A model generated the notes under the pieces. That model did not search any database. It was not told where the DNA came from and saw only the letters and a list, made by a program, of their open reading frames with translations. A DNA stretch of 64,000 nucleotides from an uncultured Verrucomicrobiaceae bacterium (GTDB taxonomy: Bacteria; Pseudomonadota; Gammaproteobacteria; Pseudomonadales; CAMLJR01), in the NCBI GenBank assembly GCA_964631955.1, contig CAZWBA010000004.1:11440-75439 (forward strand), written 5' to 3'. Shown here piece after piece: positions 20,882-30,002 of the stretch (positions are counted from its first letter, which is position 1; every line of letters begins with the position of its first letter). The position numbers were made by a program, and so were the translations under genes.

Positions 20882-21475
20882 CTAACCAACCGGCTCGCCA
20901 TTCATCTGCGCCCTGACCTGCCGATCGATCGCCTCGCGCGCGCGGAAAATCCGGCTGCGCACCGTGCCGACCGGGCAGTCCATCGCGATCGCAATATCCT
21001 CATAACTGAGACCATCGAATTCGCGCAATGACACCGCCCTGCGCAACTCGTCCGGCAATGCCTGAATGGCGCGCTCGACCACTTCCTTCAATTCGCCGCC
21101 AAACAGAATATTTTCCGGGTTCTCGATATCCTTCAGATCGAAATCGCCCTCGAAGTGCTCGGCATCATCGATATCGACATCGACGGTTGGCGGACGACGC
21201 TGCCGCGCCACCAGATAATTTTTTGCCGTGTTGATCGCGATGCGATACATCCACGTATAAAAGGCACTGTCGCCACGAAAATTCGGCAGCGCCCGATAGG
21301 CCTTGATGAACGCCTCCTGCGCCACATCCTGCACTTCGTCGGAGTTGCGCAGGTAGCGCGAGATCAGGCTCATAATTTTGTGCTGATACTTCAGCACCAG
21401 CAGATCGAACGCTTTTTTATCGCCCTTCTGCACACGGGCGACCAATTGCTGATCGGTGAGATCGGGCCCTATCAT
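20882..21475 (-). CDS. rpoE: RNA polymerase sigma factor RpoE/AlgU
   Basis: DQQLVARVQKGDKKAFDLLVLKYQHKI... is near-identical in pattern to AlgU/RpoE. Divergent from nadB, as in E. coli and Pseudomonas. Confidence 0.96.
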   Translation of the reverse strand: MIGPDLTDQQLVARVQKGDKKAFDLLVLKYQHKIMSLISRYLRNSDEVQDVAQEAFIKAYRALPNFRGDSAFYTWMYRIAINTAKNYLVARQRRPPTVDVDIDDAEHFEGDFDLKDIENPENILFGGELKEVVERAIQALPDELRRAVSLREFDGLSYEDIAIAMDCPVGTVRSRIFRAREAIDRQVRAQMNGEPVG

Positions 21476-21570
21476 CCGGGCCCCCGCCGTTCATATCGCG
21501 CTTCATTGTTCGAGCTGCGCATCGTGGTGAAATCGCGCCTCTTCGAAGTGACATCGCGCATAGCTGGTGA

Positions 21571-21597
21571 GTAGACCATTGTTCTTTCCAGAAGTTC
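21571..21597 (-). promoter_or_regulatory. candidate sigma-E-dependent (autoregulated) rpoE promoter
   Basis: The minus strand reads GAACTT-(16 nt)-TCTAC, about 100 nt upstream of the rpoE ATG. It matches the GGAACTT-N16-TCnnA sigmaE/AlgU consensus. Confidence 0.5.
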
Positions 21598-21642
21598 GGG
21601 CGCCGGAAATTCAGGCTCGTGCGCGAATTGCGCAAAGCCGGG

Positions 21643-21669
21643 TATGATTGCGCGCCGCGTAAAAGGTTC
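21643..21669 (-). promoter_or_regulatory. second, weaker sigma-E-like promoter candidate
   Basis: The minus strand reads GAACCT-(16 nt)-TCATA. There is one mismatch in the -35 element. Confidence 0.3.
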
Positions 21670-21926
21670 ACACCACCCATGCGGCAACGCGCGGGCGCAA
21701 GGGATAATATAGACGGCCCCATCACGGAGCAACACCGACCCGCTCGCCAGCACCGCGCCACTCCAATGACAGGCAACAATTGACAGACAACAATGACCGC
21801 CCGGCAGTTTACTGGCTCGGAGTTTTATAGACTTAAACGCTGACTGATGCGTGCGACGCCCGGCAACGCGCTTCGACGACTACCCGTGTTGGAAGCAGCG
21901 GTAACCAAATTGAGCATTCATTTACG

Positions 21927-23522
21927 ATGAGTAACAACAAACGTCACGACGTGCTTATTATCGGCACCGGCGCCGCCGGTCTCACCGCGGCATTGCGACT
22001 GGCGCCTCACGCGCGCGTTGCCGTGATCTGTAAAGGCGATGTCAATCAGGGGTCGACCTGGTGGGCGCAGGGTGGCATCGCTGCGGTCATCGATGAGAAC
22101 GACACCGTCGAAGCGCATATCAGCGACACCCTCGATGCCGGCGCCGGTCTCTGTCATCCGGATGCCGTGCGTTTCACCGTTGAACACAGCCGCGAAAGCA
22201 TCGAATGGCTGGTCGAACAGGGCGTCGAATTCGATCGCATCAAAGGCAGCGACTTCCATCTCACGCGCGAAGGCGGCCACAGTCATCGCCGCATCATTCA
22301 CAGCGCCGACGCCACCGGCCGCGAAGTGTCGGAAACGCTCACCGCGCGCGCATTAAATACGCCGAATATCGAAATATTCACGCAACGCGTCGCCGTCGAT
22401 CTGATCATGCGCGACGGCCGCTGCCACGGCGCCTATGTATTGAATCGCGACGACGGCCAGGTCGAAGTGTTTCAGGCCGAATTCACCATTCTCGCCACCG
22501 GCGGCGCCAGCAAGGTTTATCTCTATACGACCAACCCCGACGGCGCCACTGGCGACGGCATCGCGATGGCGTGGCGCGCAGGCTGCCGCACGGCGAATCT
22601 CGAATTCAATCAGTTTCATCCGACCTGTCTTTATCACCCCAAAGCAAAATCGTTTTTGATTACCGAAGCGATTCGCGGCGAAGGCGGAAAATTATTGCTG
22701 CCGAATGGTGAGCGCTTCATGGAGCGTTTCGATCCGCGCGGCGAACTCGCACCGCGCGATATCGTCGCGCGCGCGATCGACCATGAGATGAAGCGACTCG
22801 GTATCGACTGCGTGTATCTCGATATCAGCCACAAATCGCCCGATTTCATTCTGCATCACTTCCCCACCGTGAAAGCGCGCTGCCTCGAACTCGGCATCGA
22901 TATCACGCGCGATCCGATTCCCGTCGTTCCCGCCGCGCATTACACCTGCGGCGGTGTGGTGGTGGATTTCGAAGGCCGCACCGACGTGCCCAATCTGTAT
23001 TGCATCGGCGAAACCTCGTTCACCGGTTTGCACGGCGCCAATCGGATGGCGAGCAATTCACTGCTCGAATGTATCGTCTACGGTCGCGCCGCTGCGGCTT
23101 CGATCGCAAAAAAATTACCGCTCGCCGGCACCTCTATCGAAGTTCCGCCGTGGGACGCATCGCAGGTCACCGATTCCGACGAGGACGTGGTGATTTCGCA
23201 CAACTGGGACGAATTGCGCCGCGCGATGTGGGATTACGTCGGTATCGTACGCACGAATAAACGCCTGCAGCGCGCACTGCATCGCGCCGAATTGTTGCAG
23301 CAGGAAATCGCCGAGTATTACAGCAATTACAAAGTGACTAACGATTTACTTGAGCTGCGCAATCTGGCGCTCGTCGCCGAACTGATCATTCGCTCGGCGC
23401 GCGAACGCAAGGAAAGCCGCGGCCTGCATTACACGCTCGATTATCCCGAGATTTCCAGCGAAGCTGGCGATACGATCCTGATTCCGCACAACCATGGCGG
23501 AAACAAACAGTCCGGGGTGTAA
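21927..23522 (+). CDS. nadB: L-aspartate oxidase
   Basis: [16 protein letters not shown] (FAD-binding), 531 aa, fumarate reductase/succinate dehydrogenase flavoprotein fold motifs (HYTCGGV). Confidence 0.95.
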   Translation: MSNNKRHDVLIIGTGAAGLTAALRLAPHARVAVICKGDVNQGSTWWAQGGIAAVIDENDTVEAHISDTLDAGAGLCHPDAVRFTVEHSRESIEWLVEQGVEFDRIKGSDFHLTREGGHSHRRIIHSADATGREVSETLTARALNTPNIEIFTQRVAVDLIMRDGRCHGAYVLNRDDGQVEVFQAEFTILATGGASKVYLYTTNPDGATGDGIAMAWRAGCRTANLEFNQFHPTCLYHPKAKSFLITEAIRGEGGKLLLPNGERFMERFDPRGELAPRDIVARAIDHEMKRLGIDCVYLDISHKSPDFILHHFPTVKARCLELGIDITRDPIPVVPAAHYTCGGVVVDFEGRTDVPNLYCIGETSFTGLHGANRMASNSLLECIVYGRAAAASIAKKLPLAGTSIEVPPWDASQVTDSDEDVVISHNWDELRRAMWDYVGIVRTNKRLQRALHRAELLQQEIAEYYSNYKVTNDLLELRNLALVAELIIRSARERKESRGLHYTLDYPEISSEAGDTILIPHNHGGNKQSGV

Positions 23523-23600
23523 AAACACACCTACCTCAAAAAATAAAATAGCCCTGAAGATCAACGCGCCCGCAAAAAAAACGGAGCAAAATCGAAACAA

Positions 23601-24059
23601 TCAGCCGGTGATTTTTTTCGGGGAAGAATCGAATACGGGGAAGTGACGCAGATGTACGCGCAGACGCCGCGCATCATCGGTCGAAACAAAACTATCGGGT
23701 AACAGCGTAAACGCAATGTGGCGCTTGCGCCCGGCATCGTAAAACCGCAACGCAATCAGACCCGGCCAAACCGTAGCATGACGCAATTGCAATGTGCGTT
23801 TCACATTTTTGTCATCGATCCAGCTCCACCCCGAATGCCATTGCAGCATTCCGCGCTGACGTTTCTGTACGCGCCAGCAATAACCCGTGTAGGCACCGAT
23901 AAGCCCGATGAATGAAAAACGCAGCGGCCACGACAATTGCGCGTGAAAAATTGCAGCGGTTGCTATTAACGCGACAACCGAGAGCACCGCGAAAACATGA
24001 TTCGACGACCTGATTTCAACGCGCAGTGCGTTTGGCGTAGGCGAGAATGATATCGACAA
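23601..24059 (-). CDS. YgfX/CptA-like inner-membrane protein (partner of SdhE)
   Basis: 152 aa with two predicted TM helices following ...LRVEIRSS... (compare E. coli YgfX DLRVSWRAQ). Immediately downstream of sdhE. The only in-frame start is TTG 24059, overlapping sdhE by 44 nt, so the start is uncertain. Confidence 0.7.
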   Translation of the reverse strand: MSISFSPTPNALRVEIRSSNHVFAVLSVVALIATAAIFHAQLSWPLRFSFIGLIGAYTGYCWRVQKRQRGMLQWHSGWSWIDDKNVKRTLQLRHATVWPGLIALRFYDAGRKRHIAFTLLPDSFVSTDDARRLRVHLRHFPVFDSSPKKITG

Positions 24060-24288
24060 TTGCAGCTAACTCCGGGTCCTGTGGGCGCTGGCGCTGTAAA
24101 AACCACGCGAATAATTCCGTGTCTTCGCTATCGAGCAAATCGATATAGCGCTGCTGATAGACCGCATCGAGTTCGCGCAGCGGTCCCTCCGCGAAAGGCA
24201 TCAGCACGAGGTCCAGCTCCAGCATGCCGCGGCGGCTCGCCCAGTACAGGCGTTTATAATCGGCGTCGGTCAGGTGGCCAGCTTCCAT
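24016..24288 (-). CDS. sdhE: FAD assembly factor SdhE (YgfY/CptB)
   Basis: DYKRLYWASRRGMLELDLVLMPF matches the RGxxE SdhE motif. The ATG at 24288 gives 90 aa; the 20-codon upstream extension in the track ORF is implausible. Confidence 0.88.
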   Translation of the reverse strand: MEAGHLTDADYKRLYWASRRGMLELDLVLMPFAEGPLRELDAVYQQRYIDLLDSEDTELFAWFLQRQRPQDPELAAIVDIILAYAKRTAR

Positions 24289-24381
24289 TGAACTTGTCTC
24301 TTTGCGGGAACGGGTGCGTAGAATATGCCAACTCGCCCAGCGACCCAACCGTTCCCGCGCTTTTCAATCAGAGTAACTTCG

Positions 24382-25404
24382 ATGAATCCAGCCATACTCT
24401 CATTTCTGCAATCGATTGGCGCTGCGCCCGGCGATGACGACTGTGTTTTCGCGGCGGAACCCGCGTCGCTCGAAAGTCTCGACGGACAGAACGTCCTCGT
24501 GCCGCTGAGCCATTACGCGCTGCTCGAAGTACGCGGCCCCGAGGCGGAAAAATTTCTGCAGGGCCAGATCACTTGCAGCGCCGCTGAAGTCAATTCCACA
24601 CTCAGCTCGCCGGGAGCGTATTGCACGGTCAAAGGCCGCGTCGTTACCAGTTTCCAATTGCTGCGGCCGCAAACCGAGTGCTTCTGGCTGCGCATGCGCA
24701 GCGATTTGCTCGATATCGCGGCGCGCACTTTCGGCAAGTACATCGTCTTTTCGAAAGCAAAACTTGCGGCGGCGGAATCGCTTATCGGCATCGGCCTGCG
24801 CGGCCCGAGTATCAGCGCAGCACTACGCGAACTGATCGGCGCACTGCCATCGCGACAGCACGGCACCGTTAGCCACGGTGGAGGATTACTGCTGCAATGC
24901 GATGACAACGGTACACAATTCGAATACTGGGGCCCGTCCGACTCGGTCGCCGGACTCTGGTCGCACTGTGTTTCGCAATCGACGGCGGTCGGCTCGCGTT
25001 ACTGGCGCTGGCTGCAAATCCGTGCCGGCAACGCCGAAATTTCCGCCGCGACAACTGAAACGTTCCTGCCGCATATGCTCAATTATCACGAGACGGGCGC
25101 GATCAATTTCAGAAAAGGCTGCTATACCGGTCAGGAAATCGTCGCGCGCACGCACTATCGCGGTCAGGTGAAACGCCATATCGTGCGTCTCGGTCTCGAA
25201 GGCTCCGTACCCGCGCCCGGCAGCGATATCGCCGGCGCGAATGGAAAAGCGGTTGGCGCCGTTGTCGATAGCGTCATCACTATGGCCCCACGTATCGTGG
25301 AAGCGCTCGCGGTTATCGCCGATGACAGTGTGGATTCGTCGGCACCGCTGCACATCGGCTCGACCGAAGTACGAACGCTGACGCTGCCGTATGCTATACC
25401 TTAA
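24382..25404 (+). CDS. ygfZ: tRNA-modifying folate-binding protein YgfZ
   Basis: C-terminal KGCYTGQEIVARTHYRG signature. Divergent from sdhE, as in E. coli. Start at ATG 24382 (MNPAILSF). Confidence 0.88.
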   Translation: MNPAILSFLQSIGAAPGDDDCVFAAEPASLESLDGQNVLVPLSHYALLEVRGPEAEKFLQGQITCSAAEVNSTLSSPGAYCTVKGRVVTSFQLLRPQTECFWLRMRSDLLDIAARTFGKYIVFSKAKLAAAESLIGIGLRGPSISAALRELIGALPSRQHGTVSHGGGLLLQCDDNGTQFEYWGPSDSVAGLWSHCVSQSTAVGSRYWRWLQIRAGNAEISAATTETFLPHMLNYHETGAINFRKGCYTGQEIVARTHYRGQVKRHIVRLGLEGSVPAPGSDIAGANGKAVGAVVDSVITMAPRIVEALAVIADDSVDSSAPLHIGSTEVRTLTLPYAIP

Positions 25405-25544
25405 GGCACTTATACCTTCAGGTATTTGAATACGACTTAAGCACCTGCGCACGTTAAATAAGTGCACGATCAATCGAGTACGAGACAAACGCGCTGGCCG
25501 CCAGGTCGCGTTTAACGCCCCAGAATAACTGCCGGAAACCGACA

Positions 25545-26381
25545 ATGAGCGAAACGATCGAGCAGATCAGCAACGAATTGCTGCACGCCCTCGAAAACGA
25601 TCAACTGGTATTGCCGACACTTCCCGAGGTCGCGCTCAAGGTACGCGAAGTTTCATCAAACCCGGAGGTCGATGTCGCCACGCTCGCCCGGGTGATCGAG
25701 AACGACCCCGCCATTTCGGCGCGCATCATCAAAGTCACCAATAGCCCGCTATTGCGCGCGTCTCGCCCTATCGAAGATTTGAAGATGGCCGTGAGCCGGC
25801 TCGGCATCAATTACACCACCAATCTCGCGACCAGCCTGGCCATGCAGCAGATGTTTCAGGCCACGTCCGATGTCATCGATCAGCGCATGCGCGAAGTCTG
25901 GTCGCACAGCACCGAGGTTTCGGGCATCGCGCACGTGCTCGCGCGTCACTACACCAAACTGAAACCGGATCAGGCCACCCTGGCGGGCGTTGTGCACCAG
26001 ATCGGCGTGCTGCCGATTCTCACCTACGCCGAAGACAATCGCCGCCTGCTCAAGGATCCCGCCGCGCTCGACGAACTGATTCGCACGCTGCATCCCGTGC
26101 TCGGCCGCAAAATTCTCGAAGCGTGGGATTTTCCCGACGAATTAGTCCTCGTTCCCGAAGAACATCTGAATTTCGCGCGCGAGATCAATCGCGTCGACTA
26201 CGCCGATGTGGTGATGGTTGCGAACCTGCAAAGCTATATCGGCACCGGACATCCGTTCACGACCATGGACTGGAGCGAAATCAGCGCCTTCGAGCGCCTG
26301 GGACTCGAACCCGAAATCAACACCATGGAAGTGGAAGATCTTTCCGCCGAAATGGAAGCGGCGATGGCGCTTCTGCAGTAA
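25545..26381 (+). CDS. HDOD domain-containing signalling protein
   Basis: LPTLPEVALKVREVSSNPEVDVATLARVIENDPAISARIIKVTNSPLL is typical of the HDOD N-terminal region. 278 aa. Confidence 0.85.
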   Translation: MSETIEQISNELLHALENDQLVLPTLPEVALKVREVSSNPEVDVATLARVIENDPAISARIIKVTNSPLLRASRPIEDLKMAVSRLGINYTTNLATSLAMQQMFQATSDVIDQRMREVWSHSTEVSGIAHVLARHYTKLKPDQATLAGVVHQIGVLPILTYAEDNRRLLKDPAALDELIRTLHPVLGRKILEAWDFPDELVLVPEEHLNFAREINRVDYADVVMVANLQSYIGTGHPFTTMDWSEISAFERLGLEPEINTMEVEDLSAEMEAAMALLQ

Positions 26382-26488
26382 TTTTGCTCCGACCTCACTT
26401 CCACATCGTCGACCTTCTTTACAACCGCCCCGCCACTGCACCCTTCAAAAAATCGATAAGCAACTGAAAAATAAAGACTTTATGGCAT

Positions 26489-26504
26489 GGGAATGCATTT
26501 TGCC
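26489..26504 (+). promoter_or_regulatory. sigma54-like -24/-12 element
   Basis: gGGaatGcattTTGCc: GG (26490-91) and GC (26502-03) have the canonical 12-nt register, and the TTGC core is intact. It lies about 85-125 nt upstream of the PEP-CTERM-tail ORF. Confidence 0.3.
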
Positions 26505-26586
26505 CGCAGGGTTTCCAGCCAGGGTTAATGCAGTCCCCCAGCCGACATCGATAAAAACTCAGCCGTTTAAAACTTTGCCTTTTTGA

Positions 26587-26718
26587 ACCTGCGTCTCAGG
26601 AGAAGCAAACTGCGGCTTCACGCGCACCGTGAGCGCGGTACCAGTGCCTGCGGCGGCGTGGCTGTTCGGAACGGGATTGATCGGTCTGGCCGGCGTGGCG
26701 CGCAAACGCAGAGCGTAG
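26587..26718 (+). pseudogene. orphan PEP-CTERM / VPLPA-CTERM-type sorting-signal remnant
   Basis: The open frame ends ...TVSAVPVPAAAWLFGTGLIGLAGVARKRRA* (P-x-P motif, TM helix, Arg/Lys cluster). It has no ATG and no signal peptide. It is in frame with, but separated by a TGA at 26584 from, the upstream reading frame. Only a GTG at 26629 is available as a start. Confidence 0.45.
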
Positions 26719-26728
26719 TTCGTCGATT

Positions 26729-26758
26729 GCCGCTCCCGGTGTTCCGATCGGGAGCGGC
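26729..26758. terminator. stem-loop terminator after the PEP-CTERM remnant (also 3' of ung on the other strand)
   Basis: GCCGCTCCCG-(10 nt)-CGGGAGCGGC, a perfect 10-bp stem 11 nt after the TAG. It is followed by a T/C-rich tail rather than a clean T-run. Confidence 0.55.
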
Positions 26759-26792
26759 ATTCTCTCCTGCACCATCTCTCCCAGCACTATCT

Positions 26793-26813
26793 CCCCCCGG
26801 CCCCACCCCTCCC
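26793..26813 (-). other. canonical G-quadruplex-forming motif (minus strand)
   Basis: The minus strand reads GGGaGGGGtGGGGccGGGGGG: four G-runs of 3 or more with loops of 1, 1 and 2 nt, located 12 nt after the ung stop codon. Confidence 0.6.
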
Positions 26814-26824
26814 GTACCAGGTCT

Positions 26825-27523
26825 TTACTGCGGCAACGCCCAATCGATCGGCACTTCGCCGTGCTGCCTTAAATACTCATTCGCTTTCGAAAAATGGCGA
26901 CAACCCAGAAATCCACGATGGGCCGACAACGGCGACGGATGCGGCGCCTGCAAGACGAGATGTTTTTTGCGATCGATCAACTGGCCTTTTTTCTGCGCGT
27001 AACTGCCCCACAATAAAAACACGAGATGCTCGCGATCGCGATTCAGATGCTCGATGCATTTATCGGTGAAGCTTTCCCAGCCGCGTCCCTGATGCGCATT
27101 CGCTCTGCCTTGCTCGACGGTGAGCACCGCATTCAGCAACAGCACCCCCTGCTCCGCCCACGATTGCAGATAACCATGCCTGCTGATCGGAATACCGCAA
27201 TCCACCTGCAATTCCTTGAACATATTCTGCAATGAGGGCGGTGCCGGCACGCCGGGCAGTACCGAAAAACATAAACCATGCGCCTGACCGGGGCCGTGGT
27301 AGGGATCCTGACCAAGAATGACCACCTTGACCTTATCGAAGGGCGTCGTATTGAGCGCGTTGAACCAGTTTTCACCCGCGGGATAAATAATCTTCCCCGC
27401 CGTTTTTTCGACAAGCAAAAACGCTTTCAACTGCTTCATGTAATCCTTTTCAAATTCATCGCCGAGCACGGCAAGCCAGCCTGGATGAAGTTTGATTTGA
27501 TCGCGTCGGGTCGTGGCTTCCAT
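26825..27523 (-). CDS. ung: uracil-DNA glycosylase
   Basis: [22 protein letters not shown] and [11 protein letters not shown] motifs. 232 aa. Confidence 0.96.
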   Translation of the reverse strand: MEATTRRDQIKLHPGWLAVLGDEFEKDYMKQLKAFLLVEKTAGKIIYPAGENWFNALNTTPFDKVKVVILGQDPYHGPGQAHGLCFSVLPGVPAPPSLQNMFKELQVDCGIPISRHGYLQSWAEQGVLLLNAVLTVEQGRANAHQGRGWESFTDKCIEHLNRDREHLVFLLWGSYAQKKGQLIDRKKHLVLQAPHPSPLSAHRGFLGCRHFSKANEYLRQHGEVPIDWALPQ

Positions 27524-27712
27524 TAGTTATCCGGCAATAATCGTTTGAATGCTAGCGTGGCGGGCGGCTTATTCGAAAAATCGCTACTGCGCGAAATTCT
27601 ATCCCACCTGATATTTATTTATACCGTCACCAGCCGTTTCGGGCCGATTTTTGCTGTGTTTTTATAAATCTCGTGCTTCCCTGAAACCCACGCACAACCG
27701 GAGTCGACGCAC

Positions 27713-29380
27713 ATGCTCGGTAATATGATGCAACAACCGTTGCTGATCTCATCGATCATTCGACAGGCAGCGCAGCTCTTTCCGCAGACCGAAATCGTCA
27801 GCCGTCGCATCGAAGGTGATATTCATCGCTATACCTTTGCCGATTGCTACCGTCGCACCTGTCGGCTTGCGCATGCCCTGCAGGCACTGGGCGTAAGGGA
27901 AGGCGATCGCGTCGGCACTCTGGCGTGGAACGGCTATCGCCACATCGAGCTGTATTACGCGATATCCGGGCTCGGCGCCATCGTCCACACCGTCAATCCG
28001 CGTTTATTCGCACCGCAGATCGAATACATCATCAATCACGCCGCGGATGATTTTCTGTTTGTCGATCGGACTTTCGTGCCGTTACTCAACGAGCTGAAAG
28101 AGAAATTGCCGACGGTGAAAAAAATCATTCTGCTGTGCGCGCAGAACGACGCCCCTGCCGATGCCGGCTTCGAATTTATCTGCTACGAAACGCTGCTCGA
28201 GCACTATGAAACACTGCTCGAACATGGCGATGAAGCATTCGATCACCCCCATTTCTTCGATTGGCCTGTGTTCGACGAAAACGCGGCAGCCTGCCTTTGT
28301 TACACATCGGGCACGACGGGAAATCCCAAAGGCGTGCTTTATTCGCATCGCTCGACAGTCATTCATGCACTCGCCAGCAGCACGCCCAATGCGTTGAATT
28401 TGTCGCGTCACAGCATCGTGATGCCGGTGGTGCCGATGTATCACGTATCGGCGTGGGGGCTGCCGTATTCCGGATTGATGGCCGGCGCGAAACTGGTGCT
28501 GCCAGGCGCACAACTCGATGGCGCTTCATTATTTGAATTGATCGAAACGGAAAATGTGAATCTTGCGCTCGGCGTGCCGACCGTATGGCTGACGCTGCTG
28601 CAATACCTCGACAGAATCGGACGCCGGTTACCGCCCGGACTTACGGTTGCGCAGGGCGGCGCGGCCACGCCGCTCGTGCTCGTCGAAACGCTGCGCGATA
28701 AACACGACACCTATCTGATGCCGCTCTGGGGCATGACCGAAACGAGCCCGCTCGCCACTTTCGGCACACGCCCGCACGATCTGGAAACAATGCCGATCGA
28801 GCAGCGCAATCGCGTTCAAACCTCGGCGGGCCGCCCCATCTACGGTGTCGAAATCGAAATTTTCGACGATAACGATCGGCCATTACCGCACGACGGCCAA
28901 CAATCGGGGCAATTGCGCGTGCGCGGCCCGTGGATCATGCAACGTTACTTCGGCTCCAGCGACGCACACGCAGAAGAAGACGCAACCATCGATGGCTGGT
29001 TCGATACCGGCGATGTCGCGACGATCGATGACGCCGGTTATCTACGCATCGTCGATCGAAAAAAAGATGTGGTTAAATCGGGCGGCGAATGGATCAGCTC
29101 GATTGCACTGGAAAACGCCGCGCTCAGCCATGACAGCGTGCGCGAAGCCTGCGTGATCGGCGTGCCACACAAAAAATGGGACGAGCGTCCGCTGCTTATC
29201 GTTGTGCTCGAAGAAAATGTCGCGCTGGATAAATCGGCGATCATCGCTCACCTGGCCGAACACGTCGCGAAATGGTGGCTGCCGGACGATATCGTCGCCA
29301 TCGATGAATTACCGCATACGGCAACGGGCAAATTACACAAGGTGCCGCTGCGGGAGAAATATCGAAATCATTATCAATGA
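27713..29380 (+). CDS. long-chain fatty-acid--CoA ligase (AMP-dependent synthetase)
   Basis: [15 protein letters not shown]-binding motif, ...GWFDTGD..., 555 aa. GGAG lies 9 nt before the ATG. Confidence 0.88.
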   Translation: MLGNMMQQPLLISSIIRQAAQLFPQTEIVSRRIEGDIHRYTFADCYRRTCRLAHALQALGVREGDRVGTLAWNGYRHIELYYAISGLGAIVHTVNPRLFAPQIEYIINHAADDFLFVDRTFVPLLNELKEKLPTVKKIILLCAQNDAPADAGFEFICYETLLEHYETLLEHGDEAFDHPHFFDWPVFDENAAACLCYTSGTTGNPKGVLYSHRSTVIHALASSTPNALNLSRHSIVMPVVPMYHVSAWGLPYSGLMAGAKLVLPGAQLDGASLFELIETENVNLALGVPTVWLTLLQYLDRIGRRLPPGLTVAQGGAATPLVLVETLRDKHDTYLMPLWGMTETSPLATFGTRPHDLETMPIEQRNRVQTSAGRPIYGVEIEIFDDNDRPLPHDGQQSGQLRVRGPWIMQRYFGSSDAHAEEDATIDGWFDTGDVATIDDAGYLRIVDRKKDVVKSGGEWISSIALENAALSHDSVREACVIGVPHKKWDERPLLIVVLEENVALDKSAIIAHLAEHVAKWWLPDDIVAIDELPHTATGKLHKVPLREKYRNHYQ

Positions 29381-29412
29381 GGAGAGCGGATCGCGGACGA
29401 CATCGGCGATTA

Positions 29413-29841
29413 TCAATCGATCTGCCGCAACAGTATGTCGCGCGTGCGCCGGTTTTTCAGAATATCGGCCAGCGAATACATTTTCAGCGTGTCGAAAAAT
29501 GCCTGTTCCGCCCTGCCCAGTATCGACTGCAACGCGCACGCGGGCGCGAGGATACAGGGCTGGGAAGCACAATCGATCACGGGCTGACGCAGCTCGGTGG
29601 CTTCGATGACTTCCCCGATATTGATCTGTGCAGGATCCCGCTTCAATTCAAAACCGCCGCTCTTGCCGCGAAAGGTTTCGATATAGCCGAGCTTGCCGAG
29701 CAGATGCACGACCTTGCGCAGGTGCTCGTGCGAAATAGCGTAGCTTTCGGCGATTTCCGCCATCGTGGTGCGACGCCCGACGTTCGCACCCAGATAAAGG
29801 AGCACACGCAGCGAATAATCGGTGTAGAGACTCAGTTTCAT
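29413..29841 (-). CDS. nsrR: Rrf2-family NO-sensing transcriptional repressor NsrR
   Basis: MKLSLYTDYSLRVLLYLG...IAESYAISHEHLRKVVHLLGKLGYIETFRGKSGG, with three C-terminal Cys (CASQPCILAPAC). 142 aa. Confidence 0.85.
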   Translation of the reverse strand: MKLSLYTDYSLRVLLYLGANVGRRTTMAEIAESYAISHEHLRKVVHLLGKLGYIETFRGKSGGFELKRDPAQINIGEVIEATELRQPVIDCASQPCILAPACALQSILGRAEQAFFDTLKMYSLADILKNRRTRDILLRQID

Positions 29842-29926
29842 AGCGATTTATTGAGCCAGATCAATATAGGTACTTCACACAGACATAATTTTAACCGGGA
29901 CGGTTGAATTTTAGCTCCTTTGCTTT

Positions 29927-29950
29927 AAGATGTATTTAAATTACATGATT
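29927..29950. promoter_or_regulatory. candidate NsrR operator in the nsrR-glbN divergent region
   Basis: AAGATGTATTT-A-AATTACATGAT against the 11-1-11 consensus AAnATGCATTT-n-AAATGCATnTT: 10/11 on the left half and 8/11 on the right. It lies 53-76 nt upstream of the glbN ATG. Confidence 0.5.
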
Positions 29951-30002
29951 TAGACAACCAAACACTGATCCAAATCACATCCCCACTAGCGAGGAATTAC
30001 GC

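Noticed and set aside
26483-26498. Alternative sigma54 alignment TGGCAT-N5-TGCAT in the HDOD-ung spacer.
   Set aside because: In this register GG and GC are 11 nt apart rather than 12, one nt short. Only the register shifted downstream (26489-26504) has canonical spacing, and even that is a modest match.
26583-27002. The 139-aa plus-strand ORF, and the small minus-strand ORFs (26596..26787, 26618..26806), in the HDOD-ung gap.
   Set aside because: The 139-aa ORF runs antisense into ung, is in a different frame from the PEP-CTERM tail, and has an Arg/Pro-rich nonsense-like sequence. The minus-strand ORFs overlap the hairpin and G4 region and have no features of real proteins.
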